Shown: piece by piece, positions 32,640 through 42,074 of the stretch
Position numbering within the stretch: position 1 is the first letter of the stretch
How the letters are laid out: every line of letters starts with the position of its first letter
Assembly (NCBI GenBank): GCA_003567955.1
Contig: PWYF01000095.1
Coordinates: 1 to 45,701 of the forward strand
DNA from: Thiotrichales bacterium
GTDB taxonomy: Bacteria > Pseudomonadota > Gammaproteobacteria > UBA5335 > SLRW01
Length of the DNA: 45,701 nucleotides
Direction: 5' to 3'
Notes under the pieces: generated by a model
Database searches by the model: none
Told to the model about the DNA's origin: nothing
What the model saw: the letters and a program-made list of their open reading frames with translations, nothing else
Made by a program: the position numbers and the translations under genes

Positions 32640-33854
32640 ATGATCAACCTGGAACTTCCCAAATCCATGCAGGACATCGCCGAACTCGCCCATGGCGTGG
32701 GCGAAGGCATGTTCCGACCCATTTCACGCAAGTATGACCGCGCTGAACACGATTATCCGAAAGAAATTGACGCCCTGCGCGATCTCATGGGCAACACTGG
32801 CGACGCCACCAGCTCCAGCGGTGATGATAAGGACAAGCAAAAAAAGACAGACAAGCCAGCCGACGGCAGCAAGAACGGCGTCAACATGACCACCGTGGTC
32901 GGCATGATCGAAATGTGCTGGGGCGATGTCGGTCTGACACTGAGCATCCCCGGCCGCGGTCTTGGCAATGCCGCCATCCAGGCGGTGGGCAGTCCGGAGC
33001 AGAAAAAGAAATTCGGCGGCAAATGGGCGGCCATGGCGATTACCGAACCTGCCGCCGGCTCCGACTCCGGTGCGATCAAGACAACCGCGCGGCGCGACGG
33101 CGATGACTGGGTCATCAACGGCGAAAAAATCTACGTCACCGCCGGTGATCGCTGTGAAGCTGTTGTGGTGTGGGCCAACATCGACCCCGAAGCCGGCAAG
33201 GCCGGCATCAAGTCCTTCGTAGTCGAAAAAGGCACCCCGGGCATGGAGCTGGTGCGACTGGAGAAAAAACTCGGCATCCGCTCTTCCGACACCGCCGCTT
33301 TCAGTTTCAACGACTGCCGAATCCCGGGGGAAAACCTGCTTGGCTCGGCAGAAATCCTCGACAAGAAGAAAGGCTTTGGCGGGGTCATGCAGACCTTCGA
33401 CAATACCCGCCCGATGGTGGCCGCCATGGCCATTGGCGTGGGCAAGGCCGCGCTGGAAGTGGCCAACAAACTGCTCAGCGGCGAGGGCGTTCGCACCGAA
33501 GCCTGGGATCTGCCCCCTGCCCGGCGCACCGCGGTGGAAGACGAACTGATCCGGCTGGAGGCCGAATGGGAGGCCGCCCGGCTGCTCACCCTCAAGGCCG
33601 CCTGGATGGCCGATAACGGCAAGCGCAACTCGCTGGAAGCGGCCATGTGCAAGGCCAAGGCCGGACGCATGGGCAACGAGGTCACCCTGCGCTGTGTGGA
33701 GCTGTGCGGTGTGCTGGGCTACAGCGAAAACGAATTGCTGGAGAAATGGGCGCGGGATTCCAAGATCCTCGACATTTTCGAGGGCACCCAGCAAATTCAG
33801 CAGCTGATCATTGCCCGCCAGCTGCTGGGCAAGAGCTCACGCGAACTCAAATAA
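32640..33854 (+). CDS. Acyl-CoA dehydrogenase, FadE23-like subunit
   Basis: MINLELP...RPISRKYD N-terminus, AITEPAAGSD, IFEGTQQIQ. Confidence 0.92.
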   Translation: MINLELPKSMQDIAELAHGVGEGMFRPISRKYDRAEHDYPKEIDALRDLMGNTGDATSSSGDDKDKQKKTDKPADGSKNGVNMTTVVGMIEMCWGDVGLTLSIPGRGLGNAAIQAVGSPEQKKKFGGKWAAMAITEPAAGSDSGAIKTTARRDGDDWVINGEKIYVTAGDRCEAVVVWANIDPEAGKAGIKSFVVEKGTPGMELVRLEKKLGIRSSDTAAFSFNDCRIPGENLLGSAEILDKKKGFGGVMQTFDNTRPMVAAMAIGVGKAALEVANKLLSGEGVRTEAWDLPPARRTAVEDELIRLEAEWEAARLLTLKAAWMADNGKRNSLEAAMCKAKAGRMGNEVTLRCVELCGVLGYSENELLEKWARDSKILDIFEGTQQIQQLIIARQLLGKSSRELK

Positions 33855-33871
33855 GGGTATCGCGCGCCTGA

Positions 33872-34132
33872 GACAACGCTGACACCCATTCGTCGCGGCT
33901 CAGCGGGTCCTGTCGTGTTCAGCTGCAAGGCGCCGTGCGCAGGGAAGGCTGGTTGCCTTTCCAGGCGCGGCAACGCCGCAGATGGACGCGACAGGGTCTG
34001 TCCTCCGCGGCATTGCCAGTGCGCCAGCCCCGGCGTTGCGTCTTTTCACCGCACCGATATACGCATTCAATCTCGCGCTTTGATACTGACGCACTGGTCA
34101 TGCTGAGCCGTGACGAATAGGTCAGCGTTGCC
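33872..34132. mobile_element. MITE-like element with ~31-bp imperfect terminal inverted repeats
   Basis: Left GACAACGCTGACACCCATTCGTCGCGGCTCAGC versus right (reverse complement) GGCAACGCTGACCTATTCGTCACGGCTCAGC; related ends occur at 41002 and 45645. Confidence 0.7.
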
Positions 34133-34136
34133 TCCA

Positions 34137-34910
34137 TCAGTCCGGCGGCCGCTCGCCGCGCTGGATTTCAACCTCGCGCGAGCCGGGCACCAGCCAGCGC
34201 GCCAGCACAATACCCGCCTCGTAAAGCAGATAGGCCGGCACCGCCAGCAGGGATTGCGAAAACACATCCGGCGGCGTCAGCAACATCCCCAGCACAAAAG
34301 CCCCCACCAGCACATAAGCGCGCTTGCCCGCCAGCGCCGCCGGCGTGGTCAGCCCCGCGCGCACCATCAGGATAGTGGCAACCGGAATCTGGAAAGCCGC
34401 ACCAAAGGCCAGGAACAGCGTCAGCACGAAATCCAGATAACGCGCGATATCGGTCATCACCGCCACGTCCTGTGGCGCCATGGCGACAAAAAAGCCCAGC
34501 ACCAACGGCAGCACCACAAAGTAGGCAAAAGCGACGCCCAGATAAAACAGCGCCGTACTCATCGCCATCAGGGGCATGACAAAGCGCCGTTCCTGCTGAT
34601 ACAGCCCGGGGGCCACGAAGGCCCACACATGCCACAACACCACCGGCATGGCCAGAATCAGGGCCGACACAGCGGCCAGCTTGAAAGGGGCAAGAAAGGG
34701 GGACGCCACCTCGGTGGCAATCATGCTGCTGCCTTCGGGCAGGTGTTGCAGCAGCGGGCCCGCCAGCAGGGTGTAGTACTCGCGGGCAAACAGCGCCAGC
34801 GGCACCAAAAGAATCACCACCGCCAGAACACTCCACAACAGGCGCCGGCGCAGCTCGGCCAGATGCGCTACCAGGGGCGCACCCTTGTGTTCATCCACCC
34901 CCGCGCTCAC
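34137..34910 (-). CDS. tatC: Twin-arginine translocase subunit TatC
   Basis: [25 protein letters not shown]. Confidence 0.96.
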   Translation of the reverse strand: MSAGVDEHKGAPLVAHLAELRRRLLWSVLAVVILLVPLALFAREYYTLLAGPLLQHLPEGSSMIATEVASPFLAPFKLAAVSALILAMPVVLWHVWAFVAPGLYQQERRFVMPLMAMSTALFYLGVAFAYFVVLPLVLGFFVAMAPQDVAVMTDIARYLDFVLTLFLAFGAAFQIPVATILMVRAGLTTPAALAGKRAYVLVGAFVLGMLLTPPDVFSQSLLAVPAYLLYEAGIVLARWLVPGSREVEIQRGERPPD

Positions 34911-35140
34911 GTGTCCGACTCCCGGGAGGCGCGATCTTCATCGGTCTCCTGCGAGGCGGGGGGTTTCGATTCCGCATCCATCTGCCGGTCCACCTCATCA
35001 CGTACCAGATTCACCAGCGCTCGCGCACGCCGCACCCACAGCCCGGCCGTGCGAGCCGCGCCGGGCAGGCGCTCGGGACCAATCACCAGCAGGGCTACCA
35101 GCAGGATTAACAGCAGTTCCCAGAAGCCGATATCAAACAT
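34907..35140 (-). CDS. tatB: Twin-arginine translocase subunit TatB (short)
   Basis: [10 protein letters not shown]...GPERLP. Confidence 0.93.
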   Translation of the reverse strand: MFDIGFWELLLILLVALLVIGPERLPGAARTAGLWVRRARALVNLVRDEVDRQMDAESKPPASQETDEDRASRESDT

Positions 35141-35181
35141 CTGATTGCTCCGGGGGGCACCGCCACCGTATCAGGAGATAC

Positions 35182-35451
35182 TCAGGAGGATTTTTTGCGG
35201 CCGCCGGATTTCTTTCGCTTGTCGGTATCACTGGCGCTGTCAGACTCGGTGGTGGCGGTGGACTCAATCGCGCCGGATGCGGCTTCATCTTCGGACGTCT
35301 CTTCCTTGTCGCCCTCGCGCACCGCGCTGCGAAAACTCTTCAGCGCGGAGCCGAGATCCCCGCCCAGGCTGCGCAAACGGCTGGTGCCGAACAGCAGCAC
35401 CACAATGACCAGAATGATCAGCAACTGCCAGATACTGATGCCACTCAACAT
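35182..35451 (-). CDS. tatA: Twin-arginine translocase subunit TatA
   Basis: [10 protein letters not shown]...LFGT.RL..LGGDLG.ALKSF. Confidence 0.95.
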   Translation of the reverse strand: MLSGISIWQLLIILVIVVLLFGTSRLRSLGGDLGSALKSFRSAVREGDKEETSEDEAASGAIESTATTESDSASDTDKRKKSGGRKKSS

Positions 35452-35493
35452 ATCCCTTCTCCATCGGTTACCGGCCCGGCATCCGGGCCCGGA

Positions 35494-35823
35494 TCAATCC
35501 CCGCCACGTGCGGCCTTCTCTTCCAGGCCGGAAACCCCGGTGCGTCGCTGTAGCTCGGCCAGCACATCCTCGGGCCGCAGGTCCTGCGAGGCAAGTAATA
35601 CCAGGGTATGGAACCACAAGTCGGCAAGCTCGTGCACCAGCGCCTGGCGATCACCGTCACGCGCGGCGAGCAGGGTTTCGGTCGCCTCCTCGGAAATCTT
35701 GCGCAGAATTCTGTCCAGCCCGCGCGCATACAGCGAGGCCACATAGGAACTCTCGGGGTCGGCCCCGCGGCGGGCTTCAAGCACATCAGCCAGTTCTCCC
35801 AGAATCCTGCGCTCGTCAGTCAT
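35494..35823 (-). CDS. hisE: Phosphoribosyl-ATP pyrophosphatase
   Basis: SYVASLY..G...[11 protein letters not shown]...[11 protein letters not shown] 35823. Confidence 0.94.
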   Translation of the reverse strand: MTDERRILGELADVLEARRGADPESSYVASLYARGLDRILRKISEEATETLLAARDGDRQALVHELADLWFHTLVLLASQDLRPEDVLAELQRRTGVSGLEEKAARGGD

Positions 35824-36229
35824 GCCGGTTATCCGTTGAATAAAGTTTGCCGGGATCCTGCAGGACGTCCTCGTCCACCACCCAGCGCGACCCCTCCAGG
35901 CGGCGGAAAAAACAACGCCGGCGCCCGGTGTGACAGGCAACGCCACCGTGCTGGGTGACCTGCAACAGCACCGTATCACCGTCACAGTCCAGACGCACTT
36001 CATGCACCTGTTGCACATTGCCGGACTGCTCGCCCTTGTGCCACAGTCTTCCACGTGAGCGCGACCAGTACACGGCCTCGCCCCGGCGCAGGGTTTCCCC
36101 CAGGGATTCGCGGTTCATCCAGGCCATCATCAGCACCTGACCATCACTGGCATCCTGGGCAACCGCCGGCACCAGGCCGTCGGCGTTCCACTTGACCTCA
36201 TCCAGCCACTGCATGTCTTGCGCTGTCAT
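35816..36229 (-). CDS. hisI: Phosphoribosyl-AMP cyclohydrolase
   Basis: [25 protein letters not shown]. Confidence 0.96.
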   Translation of the reverse strand: MTAQDMQWLDEVKWNADGLVPAVAQDASDGQVLMMAWMNRESLGETLRRGEAVYWSRSRGRLWHKGEQSGNVQQVHEVRLDCDGDTVLLQVTQHGGVACHTGRRRCFFRRLEGSRWVVDEDVLQDPGKLYSTDNRHD

Positions 36230-37002
36230 TATTCCCTGACCTCAATACCTTGCCCGGCCATGTAGGCCTTGGCCTCTGCCACGGTATGTTCGCCGAAATG
36301 AAAGATACTGGCGGCCAACACGGCATCCACCCCGCCCGCCTTCACCCCCTCGGCCAGGTGCGCCAATGTGCCCACACCGCCGGAAGCGATCACCGGCACC
36401 GCCACGGCGTCACCCACGGCGCGCAACAATTCGATATCAAAACCCTCGCGGGTGCCATCACGATCCATGCTGGTGAGCAAAATCTCACCGGCACCGCGCG
36501 CCACCATTTCGCGCGCCCAGGCCACAGCATCCAGGCCGGTTTCCCGTCGGCCGCCATGCGTGAAGACCTCCCAGCGCGGCGCCGCCTCACCACCGGTGAC
36601 ACGGCGGGCATCTATGGCCACCACAATACACTGCGAGCCAAACCGACGCGCCGCCTCACTGACAAAATCCGGATCATGCACCGCGGCAGTATTGATGGCC
36701 ACCTTGTCCGCCCCGGCCCGCAACAGGCGCCGGATATCATCGCAATTGCGCACCCCGCCCCCCACAGTGAGCGGGATAAAAACCTGGCCGGCGACGGCCT
36801 CCACCACGTGCACCAGCGTCTCGCGCTCATGGGCGCTGGCGGTGATATCCAGAAAACACAGCTCATCCGCGCCCTCGGCATCATAGCGGCGCGCAATCTC
36901 CACCGGGTCTCCGGCATCGCGTATATTCACGAACTGCACGCCCTTGACCACACGCCCGGCGTCCACGTCCAGACAGGGAATGATGCGGGTGGCCAGCGTC
37001 AC
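36229..37002 (-). CDS. hisF: Imidazole glycerol phosphate synthase cyclase subunit
   Basis: [31 protein letters not shown]. Confidence 0.97.
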   Translation of the reverse strand: MTLATRIIPCLDVDAGRVVKGVQFVNIRDAGDPVEIARRYDAEGADELCFLDITASAHERETLVHVVEAVAGQVFIPLTVGGGVRNCDDIRRLLRAGADKVAINTAAVHDPDFVSEAARRFGSQCIVVAIDARRVTGGEAAPRWEVFTHGGRRETGLDAVAWAREMVARGAGEILLTSMDRDGTREGFDIELLRAVGDAVAVPVIASGGVGTLAHLAEGVKAGGVDAVLAASIFHFGEHTVAEAKAYMAGQGIEVRE

Positions 37003-37739
37003 CGGGCCGTCAACTCATCGGCCAGGCGTTGCGCCTCGGCGAGATCCAGGGTCTTTTCATACAGGGCCCGACCCACAATCGCACCATCAATCCCCTCCTC
37101 GGCCACTTCACACAGGCGTTTGACATCCTCGATTGAGGAGACGCCGCCGGAAGCGATCACCGGCACGCTCACATTACGCGCCAGCGCCACGGTCGAATCC
37201 ACGTTAAACCCCTGCATCATGCCGTCACGGCTGATGTCCGTGAACACGATCGCGCTCACACCATCATCCTCGAGCCGGCGGGCCATATCATCCACACTGT
37301 GGTTGGACATTTTGGACCAGCCGTCAATGGCCACCTTGCCGTCTCTGGCATCCAGTCCGACGATGATGCGGCCGGGAAATTCCACGCAGACATCATTGAC
37401 AAAATGCGGCGAACTCACCGCCCGGGTGCCGATAATGACCCAGGTCACGTCCGCATCCAGATAGGCCTGCACGGCATCCTCGTCGCGAATGCCGCCGCCG
37501 ACCTGCACGTCCATGTCCGGGAAACTGTGGGCAATCTCGCGGATAATCGCAGTATTGACCGGCTCACCACGAATGGCGCCATCCAGGTCCACCAGATGCA
37601 GCCGTCGTGCGCCCGCCTCAAACCATTGACCGGCGACCGCCACCGGGTCATCTGAAAACACTGTGACATCATCCATGCGGCCCTGCCGCAGACGCACACA
37701 CTGACCATCCTTGATATCAATTGCCGGTATTAAAAGCAT
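36999..37739 (-). CDS. hisA: ProFAR isomerase
   Basis: [34 protein letters not shown] 37739. Confidence 0.96.
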   Translation of the reverse strand: MLLIPAIDIKDGQCVRLRQGRMDDVTVFSDDPVAVAGQWFEAGARRLHLVDLDGAIRGEPVNTAIIREIAHSFPDMDVQVGGGIRDEDAVQAYLDADVTWVIIGTRAVSSPHFVNDVCVEFPGRIIVGLDARDGKVAIDGWSKMSNHSVDDMARRLEDDGVSAIVFTDISRDGMMQGFNVDSTVALARNVSVPVIASGGVSSIEDVKRLCEVAEEGIDGAIVGRALYEKTLDLAEAQRLADELTAR

Positions 37740-37782
37740 GCCTTGTTCTCCATCCCGCCACGGAACATCGATAGACGTCCTG

Positions 37783-38454
37783 TCATTGCGCGGCCGCCAC
37801 CCGTGGCATGGCGGCCCGCAACTCTCCGTCCCAGTCAACAAAATTACGCAACAGCGCTAACCCGGCCTGCTGGCTTTTTTCGGGGTGAAACTGCACCGCA
37901 AACAGATTCTCCGCCGCCAGCACACTGGCAAAACGAAGCCCGTGGTCGGTGGTCGCAGCCACGCCCTCACACTCGGCAGGCGCATAGTAACTGTGTACAA
38001 AATAAAACCGGCTGCCGGGCTCGATGCCACGCCACAATGGATGCTCGGCCACCGGCATAACCCGGTTCCAGCCCATATGCGGCACCCGCAGTCGGCGCCC
38101 GGCCGCATCCGCGCCGCCTTCAAAGCGCCGGATGTGACCACGCAGCAGGCCCAGGCAATCAACGCCATCATTTTCATCACTGCTTTCCAGCAGCGCCTGC
38201 ATACCCAGACAGATCCCCAGCACCGGCCGTGAACGCACCGCCTCGCGGATCACCGTGTCCAGCCCCAGTCGCTGCAACTCGCTCATGCAATCGGCAATCG
38301 CACCGACCCCGGGAAACACCAGCCGGTCCGCCCGACGCAATGCAACGGGATCGCCGCTGATAATCACCCGTTCGCGCGCACTGACATGCTCCAGCGCCTT
38401 GGCGATGGAGTGCAGGTTACCCATTCCATAATCAATAACGGCAATGCGGCTCAT
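37783..38454 (-). CDS. hisH: Imidazole glycerol phosphate synthase glutaminase subunit
   Basis: [27 protein letters not shown]. Confidence 0.97.
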   Translation of the reverse strand: MSRIAVIDYGMGNLHSIAKALEHVSARERVIISGDPVALRRADRLVFPGVGAIADCMSELQRLGLDTVIREAVRSRPVLGICLGMQALLESSDENDGVDCLGLLRGHIRRFEGGADAAGRRLRVPHMGWNRVMPVAEHPLWRGIEPGSRFYFVHSYYAPAECEGVAATTDHGLRFASVLAAENLFAVQFHPEKSQQAGLALLRNFVDWDGELRAAMPRVAAAQ

Positions 38455-38481
38455 GGCGGGATCGCGCTTCAGAATAACGGT

Positions 38482-39084
38482 CTAGAGACTGCCCTTGGTC
38501 GACGGTGTCACCCCGGGAATACGCGGGTCCGGCTCGGCGGCCATGCGCAGGGCCCGGCCGAAGGCCTTGAAAATGGTCTCGGCAATATGGTGCGCGTTGC
38601 TGCCCCGGAGATTATCCACGTGCAACGTCAGCCGGGCATGATTGACCAGGCCCTGGAAAAACTCCGCCACCAGATCCACATCGAAATCGCCAATGCGGGC
38701 CCGGGGGTAATCGGCCACGTAGGTGAGGCCAGGGCGCCCGGAGAAGTCCACCACCACGCGTGACAGGGCTTCATCCAGGGGCACGTAGGCGTGTCCGTAA
38801 CGGCGGATGCCCCGTTTTTCACCCAGCGCCTCACTCAGCGCCTGGCCCAGCGTGATGCCCACATCTTCAACCGTGTGGTGGGCATCCACCTCCAGATCGC
38901 CGCGCGCGTGAATGCTCAGATCCACCAGACCATGGCGCGCAATCTGCTCCAGCATGTGATCAAAAAAGGGCACGCCGGTATCGAGTTCGGCCTTGCCGCT
39001 GCCATCAAGATTGAGCTCGACCCGGACTTCGGTCTCCAGGGTCTTGCGTTCAATTTTCGCAGTGCGTTTTTCTGCTTTGCTCAT
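38482..39084 (-). CDS. hisB: Imidazoleglycerol-phosphate dehydratase (monofunctional)
   Basis: [31 protein letters not shown] 39084. Confidence 0.96.
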   Translation of the reverse strand: MSKAEKRTAKIERKTLETEVRVELNLDGSGKAELDTGVPFFDHMLEQIARHGLVDLSIHARGDLEVDAHHTVEDVGITLGQALSEALGEKRGIRRYGHAYVPLDEALSRVVVDFSGRPGLTYVADYPRARIGDFDVDLVAEFFQGLVNHARLTLHVDNLRGSNAHHIAETIFKAFGRALRMAAEPDPRIPGVTPSTKGSL

Positions 39085-39196
39085 GATCGTGTCCGAGGGG
39101 CGCTTCCGGGTGGCGTTCAATCAGGCCAAGCATAACCCGAACCGCCACCGGGGTCGAAGTATGTGTGACAGACACCACTGCAGGCCAGTAAACATC

Positions 39197-40054
39197 TCAA
39201 TAACCATTGCCGCCCTGATCCGGCACATGCACCCAGGCCCGGGGGGCGCCATAACGTTGCGCCAGCTGATTGCCCAGTTCCCGCGCATGCGTCTCGGTAG
39301 TGAAACCTGTCATTTGTACGCGGTGCCACAGTCGACCCTGCACCCGGGTTGGCGAGAGTCTTGCGGGATAACCCTCAGTAACCAGTTCTTCGACTATCGT
39401 GCGCGCCGCCGCCTGATCGCGCAGGGAAATCACATTGGCCACCCACGGCCCCTCCGTCTGCAGACTCTGAGGGCGCCTGTCCGTGCGCAGCGCCTCGACC
39501 CGCCGCGCCACTATTTCCGGTTCCAGACGTCCCTGCTCCAGCGCCCCGTTATCCAGGCGATACCAGCTGCGCGGTTCACTGTAGCGCGTCCATGGCAATT
39601 GGGCCTGTGGCGCGGATACCCGGGCCTCACCCGAAACCAGCAGAAGCTCGCCCGTGCCTGCGCGCACCCCCGCCAGCAATTCGCCGCTGTTGAGTTCCAC
39701 CTGCAGGCGTCCCGCTGTCAACTGCAGCGTCTCGGTGAAGCCGCCCACGGGGGCGGCATAACGCACCATGCCGTCTTCCACTGAAAAACGCACGGGATCA
39801 ACGGTGGTCATACCCAGGGCGCTCTCGGCGCCCAGATCCAGCGTGCTGCCATCGCCCGGCTCAACCCGGGCGGCGGCACCAGGTCCGGTCCGCAGGATGT
39901 CGCCCGGCTGCAGTGTGGCACCGGGCGCAATGGCCACGCTCTGCGCCTCGCGTTCCAGCCAGACTGGCGGCACCAACAGTGTGATTTTCGCCGCCTGCGC
40001 CAGCCCCGGCAGCAACAGCAACAATACGATTGCGCAAATCTGTCTCAAACCCAT
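39197..40054 (-). CDS. Exported protein with FecR-like N-domain and C-terminal SPOR-like domain
   Basis: Signal peptide ending AQA; L.PGD.LRTG...DGSTL.LG.ES (FecR-like); W...V.S...GYPA...WHRVQM.GF (SPOR-like). Confidence 0.7.
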   Translation of the reverse strand: MGLRQICAIVLLLLLPGLAQAAKITLLVPPVWLEREAQSVAIAPGATLQPGDILRTGPGAAARVEPGDGSTLDLGAESALGMTTVDPVRFSVEDGMVRYAAPVGGFTETLQLTAGRLQVELNSGELLAGVRAGTGELLLVSGEARVSAPQAQLPWTRYSEPRSWYRLDNGALEQGRLEPEIVARRVEALRTDRRPQSLQTEGPWVANVISLRDQAAARTIVEELVTEGYPARLSPTRVQGRLWHRVQMTGFTTETHARELGNQLAQRYGAPRAWVHVPDQGGNGY

Positions 40055-40082
40055 GCCCTGTTCCCTTTTGAATCCCGGTTAC

Positions 40083-40547
40083 TCATCCACCGGCGGCCAC
40101 CGGCGGCGCCACCTGCAACCAGAAACTGACCGGCCCTTCATTGACCAGACTGACCTGCATGTCAGCACCGAACTGCCCCGCCTGCACCTCGCCACTATGC
40201 CGCGAGCGCGCCTGAGCCAGCATGAAATCCAGCAAGGCCCGGGCCTGCGCCGGCGGAGCAGCGCGGTCAAAACCGGGCCGATTACCCTTGCGGGTGGTGG
40301 CGGCAAGCGTGAACTGCGGCACCAGCAAAAGCCCGCCACCGGTGTCGGCGAGACTCAGGTTCATGCGGCCGTCCGTATCTCCGAATACACGGTAAGCCAG
40401 CAGCCGCTCGAGCAGGCGCGAGGCCGTCGCCTCGCTGTCACCCCGCTCCACCCCGACCAGCACCAACAAACCGGCGCCAATACTGGCGACAGGCTCACCA
40501 TCAACGCTGACCGAAGCCCGACTGACTCTTTGCAAAAACCCGATCAA
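40083..40547 (-). CDS. dtd: D-aminoacyl-tRNA deacylase
   Basis: LQRVSRASV, VPQFTL, FGADMQVSLVNEGPV; TTG start. Confidence 0.95.
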   Translation of the reverse strand: MIGFLQRVSRASVSVDGEPVASIGAGLLVLVGVERGDSEATASRLLERLLAYRVFGDTDGRMNLSLADTGGGLLLVPQFTLAATTRKGNRPGFDRAAPPAQARALLDFMLAQARSRHSGEVQAGQFGADMQVSLVNEGPVSFWLQVAPPVAAGG

Positions 40548-40642
40548 GACAACGCCTGCTCACTTGCAACCGACTGCAAGTGGCGAATCATGCCATGGCC
40601 CGGGAGCCCCCACAAACCACGGCTGAATGCAGGCGTTTATCG

Positions 40643-40660
40643 CGTAGGCATATGCTTACA
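40643..40660. promoter_or_regulatory. GacA/UvrY-box-like palindrome
   Basis: CGTAGG-catatg-CTTACA versus consensus TGTAAG-N6-CTTACA (10/12), about 60-75 nt upstream of a GGA-rich region. Confidence 0.65.
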
Positions 40661-40716
40661 CACACTGTAGCGACTCACCGACTGAGTCGACGACGCGGCT
40701 GGGGCATTATAAATCC

Positions 40717-40986
40717 TGACGGAGCAAAACAATGCCGGGGAACAGGCCCGGGGAAGGAACCCCGGAGCGGACAGGGATTCGCCCGCATCAAAAGCACAGC
40801 CCCGTCTGCGGCAGGGAACGCCGCGACTCCCGCGACACAGCGCAAGGGAAGCCCCAAAAGGCATTACCTGTGGGCAGGAAGCCGAACGGAAGCGAACGTC
40901 AGCGGGGGCTGCATTCAGGGAGCAGAACACCTCCAGCCATTATGGCCAACGCAACCCCGGCTGCCACAGGCACCGGGGATTTTTTT
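40717..40986 (+). ncRNA. CsrB/RsmZ-like CsrA-sequestering small RNA candidate (5' end approximate)
   Basis: 13 GGA on the + strand, several in hairpin loops (CCGGGG-aaggaa-CCCCGG; GCGGC-agggaac-GCCGC); ends at an intrinsic terminator; GacA-like box upstream. Confidence 0.75.
40955..40986 (+). terminator. Rho-independent terminator of the sRNA candidate
   Basis: CCCCGG-c-TGCC-aca-GGCA-CCGGGG followed by A and T7. Confidence 0.85.
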
Positions 40987-41001
40987 GTCCGGCCATCATC
41001 A

Positions 41002-41040
41002 AGGAAACGCTGATTTATTCGTCACGCCTCAGCGGGCCCG
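41002..41040 (+). mobile_element. Isolated MITE terminal fragment
   Basis: GGAAACGCTGATTTATTCGTCACGCCTCAGCGGGCCC; matches the ends of the 33872-34132 element. Confidence 0.65.
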
Positions 41041-41057
41041 GGGGTGAGAAATACATC

Positions 41058-41813
41058 CTAAAAATCGAAGCGACGCTCCAGGCCCAGCACCCACTTGACG
41101 CGGTCACCGGTCCCCTCACCATCCACGCTGCCACGGTCCGTTCCTTCCACCCCCATCGACCAGGTGAACTCGCGGGTAGCACGCGTCAGCGCCGCACCCC
41201 AGGTAAAATAGCTGCTGGTGACCCGTGCCCCTTCCTGACCGGCATACAACAGGCCGTTGGGCTCGCCCACCGGACGCGTCTCTTTGGCCAGGTCATAATA
41301 ATCCCCGGCGGCCACTCCAAGATTGAGCTCGAAACCAATCCCGGTGCGGCCGCGCCAGGTGTAATCCGCCTCCATATACCAGGCCGATTCGTCCGTGTTG
41401 AGCATATCCGGCGTGTACCAGGCCGACAGGTTGATCGGCCCCAGCGATAGCACACCGTACAATTCAGTGTAGTCGATATGACGCTCGTCGCTGAATTCGC
41501 CATGCTCGGAGAAGGTGTAGTACACCGCGCCAAGATCATAGCCCCAGTTCAGCGCCCGGCTGCCATAACCGGCCTGCACGGCCGCCCGGTTGCCTTGCTG
41601 CATATTCAGCGCCGACAGGCCCAGATGAAAGCCACTGATGTGCTCGTAATCAATGCCGCCATTCACACCCACACCCTGGCTGAGATCCAGGCCGCGATAC
41701 ATATTCGTACTGGTAATTTCAATATGACCCGAGGTGTGGGCCAGTACCGTCCCGGGCGCAAACCAGGCGACAGCCAGCATGACAACGAGCAGCAACGGGC
41801 TGAATCTTTTCAT
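41058..41813 (-). CDS. TorF/Gcw_chp-like putative outer-membrane porin
   Basis: Signal peptide, STNMYRGLDLS..GGIDY...GFHLG, YDLGAVYY, C-terminal Phe; ATG 41813. Confidence 0.75.
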   Translation of the reverse strand: MKRFSPLLLVVMLAVAWFAPGTVLAHTSGHIEITSTNMYRGLDLSQGVGVNGGIDYEHISGFHLGLSALNMQQGNRAAVQAGYGSRALNWGYDLGAVYYTFSEHGEFSDERHIDYTELYGVLSLGPINLSAWYTPDMLNTDESAWYMEADYTWRGRTGIGFELNLGVAAGDYYDLAKETRPVGEPNGLLYAGQEGARVTSSYFTWGAALTRATREFTWSMGVEGTDRGSVDGEGTGDRVKWVLGLERRFDF

Positions 41814-42074
41814 GGCTCTCTCTGAGTCGTGAATACCGGCGCACCACTGCGGCAACAACGGCATTTGCAAGCTGGCCACTCTACCCGCCGCCAGGGCCCG
41901 GCGTAAAGCACGTCACACCGGGCACCGGGGCTTTGGGCGGGCGCATGACAATTGATCGGCGCAGTGTACCCAAACACACCCGTGGCGACCAGCATTTGCC
42001 CGCGGGTACTTGCCCTTACCCCGAAGGCTGGCCGTACAATAGCGCGCTTTGCTTCCCCGCATCCCAGAGGCTCG

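Noticed and set aside
34137..39084. his operon lacking hisG, hisD and hisC and joined to tatABC
   Set aside because: Split his clusters and hisIE-tatABC linkage are common in Beta- and Gammaproteobacteria.
40580..41047. Track ORFs in the dtd-porin gap (155, 97, 93 and 60 aa); also considered RNase P RNA or tmRNA
   Set aside because: No convincing RBS or protein motifs; RNase P and tmRNA signatures are absent; the GGA-hairpin sRNA model fits better.
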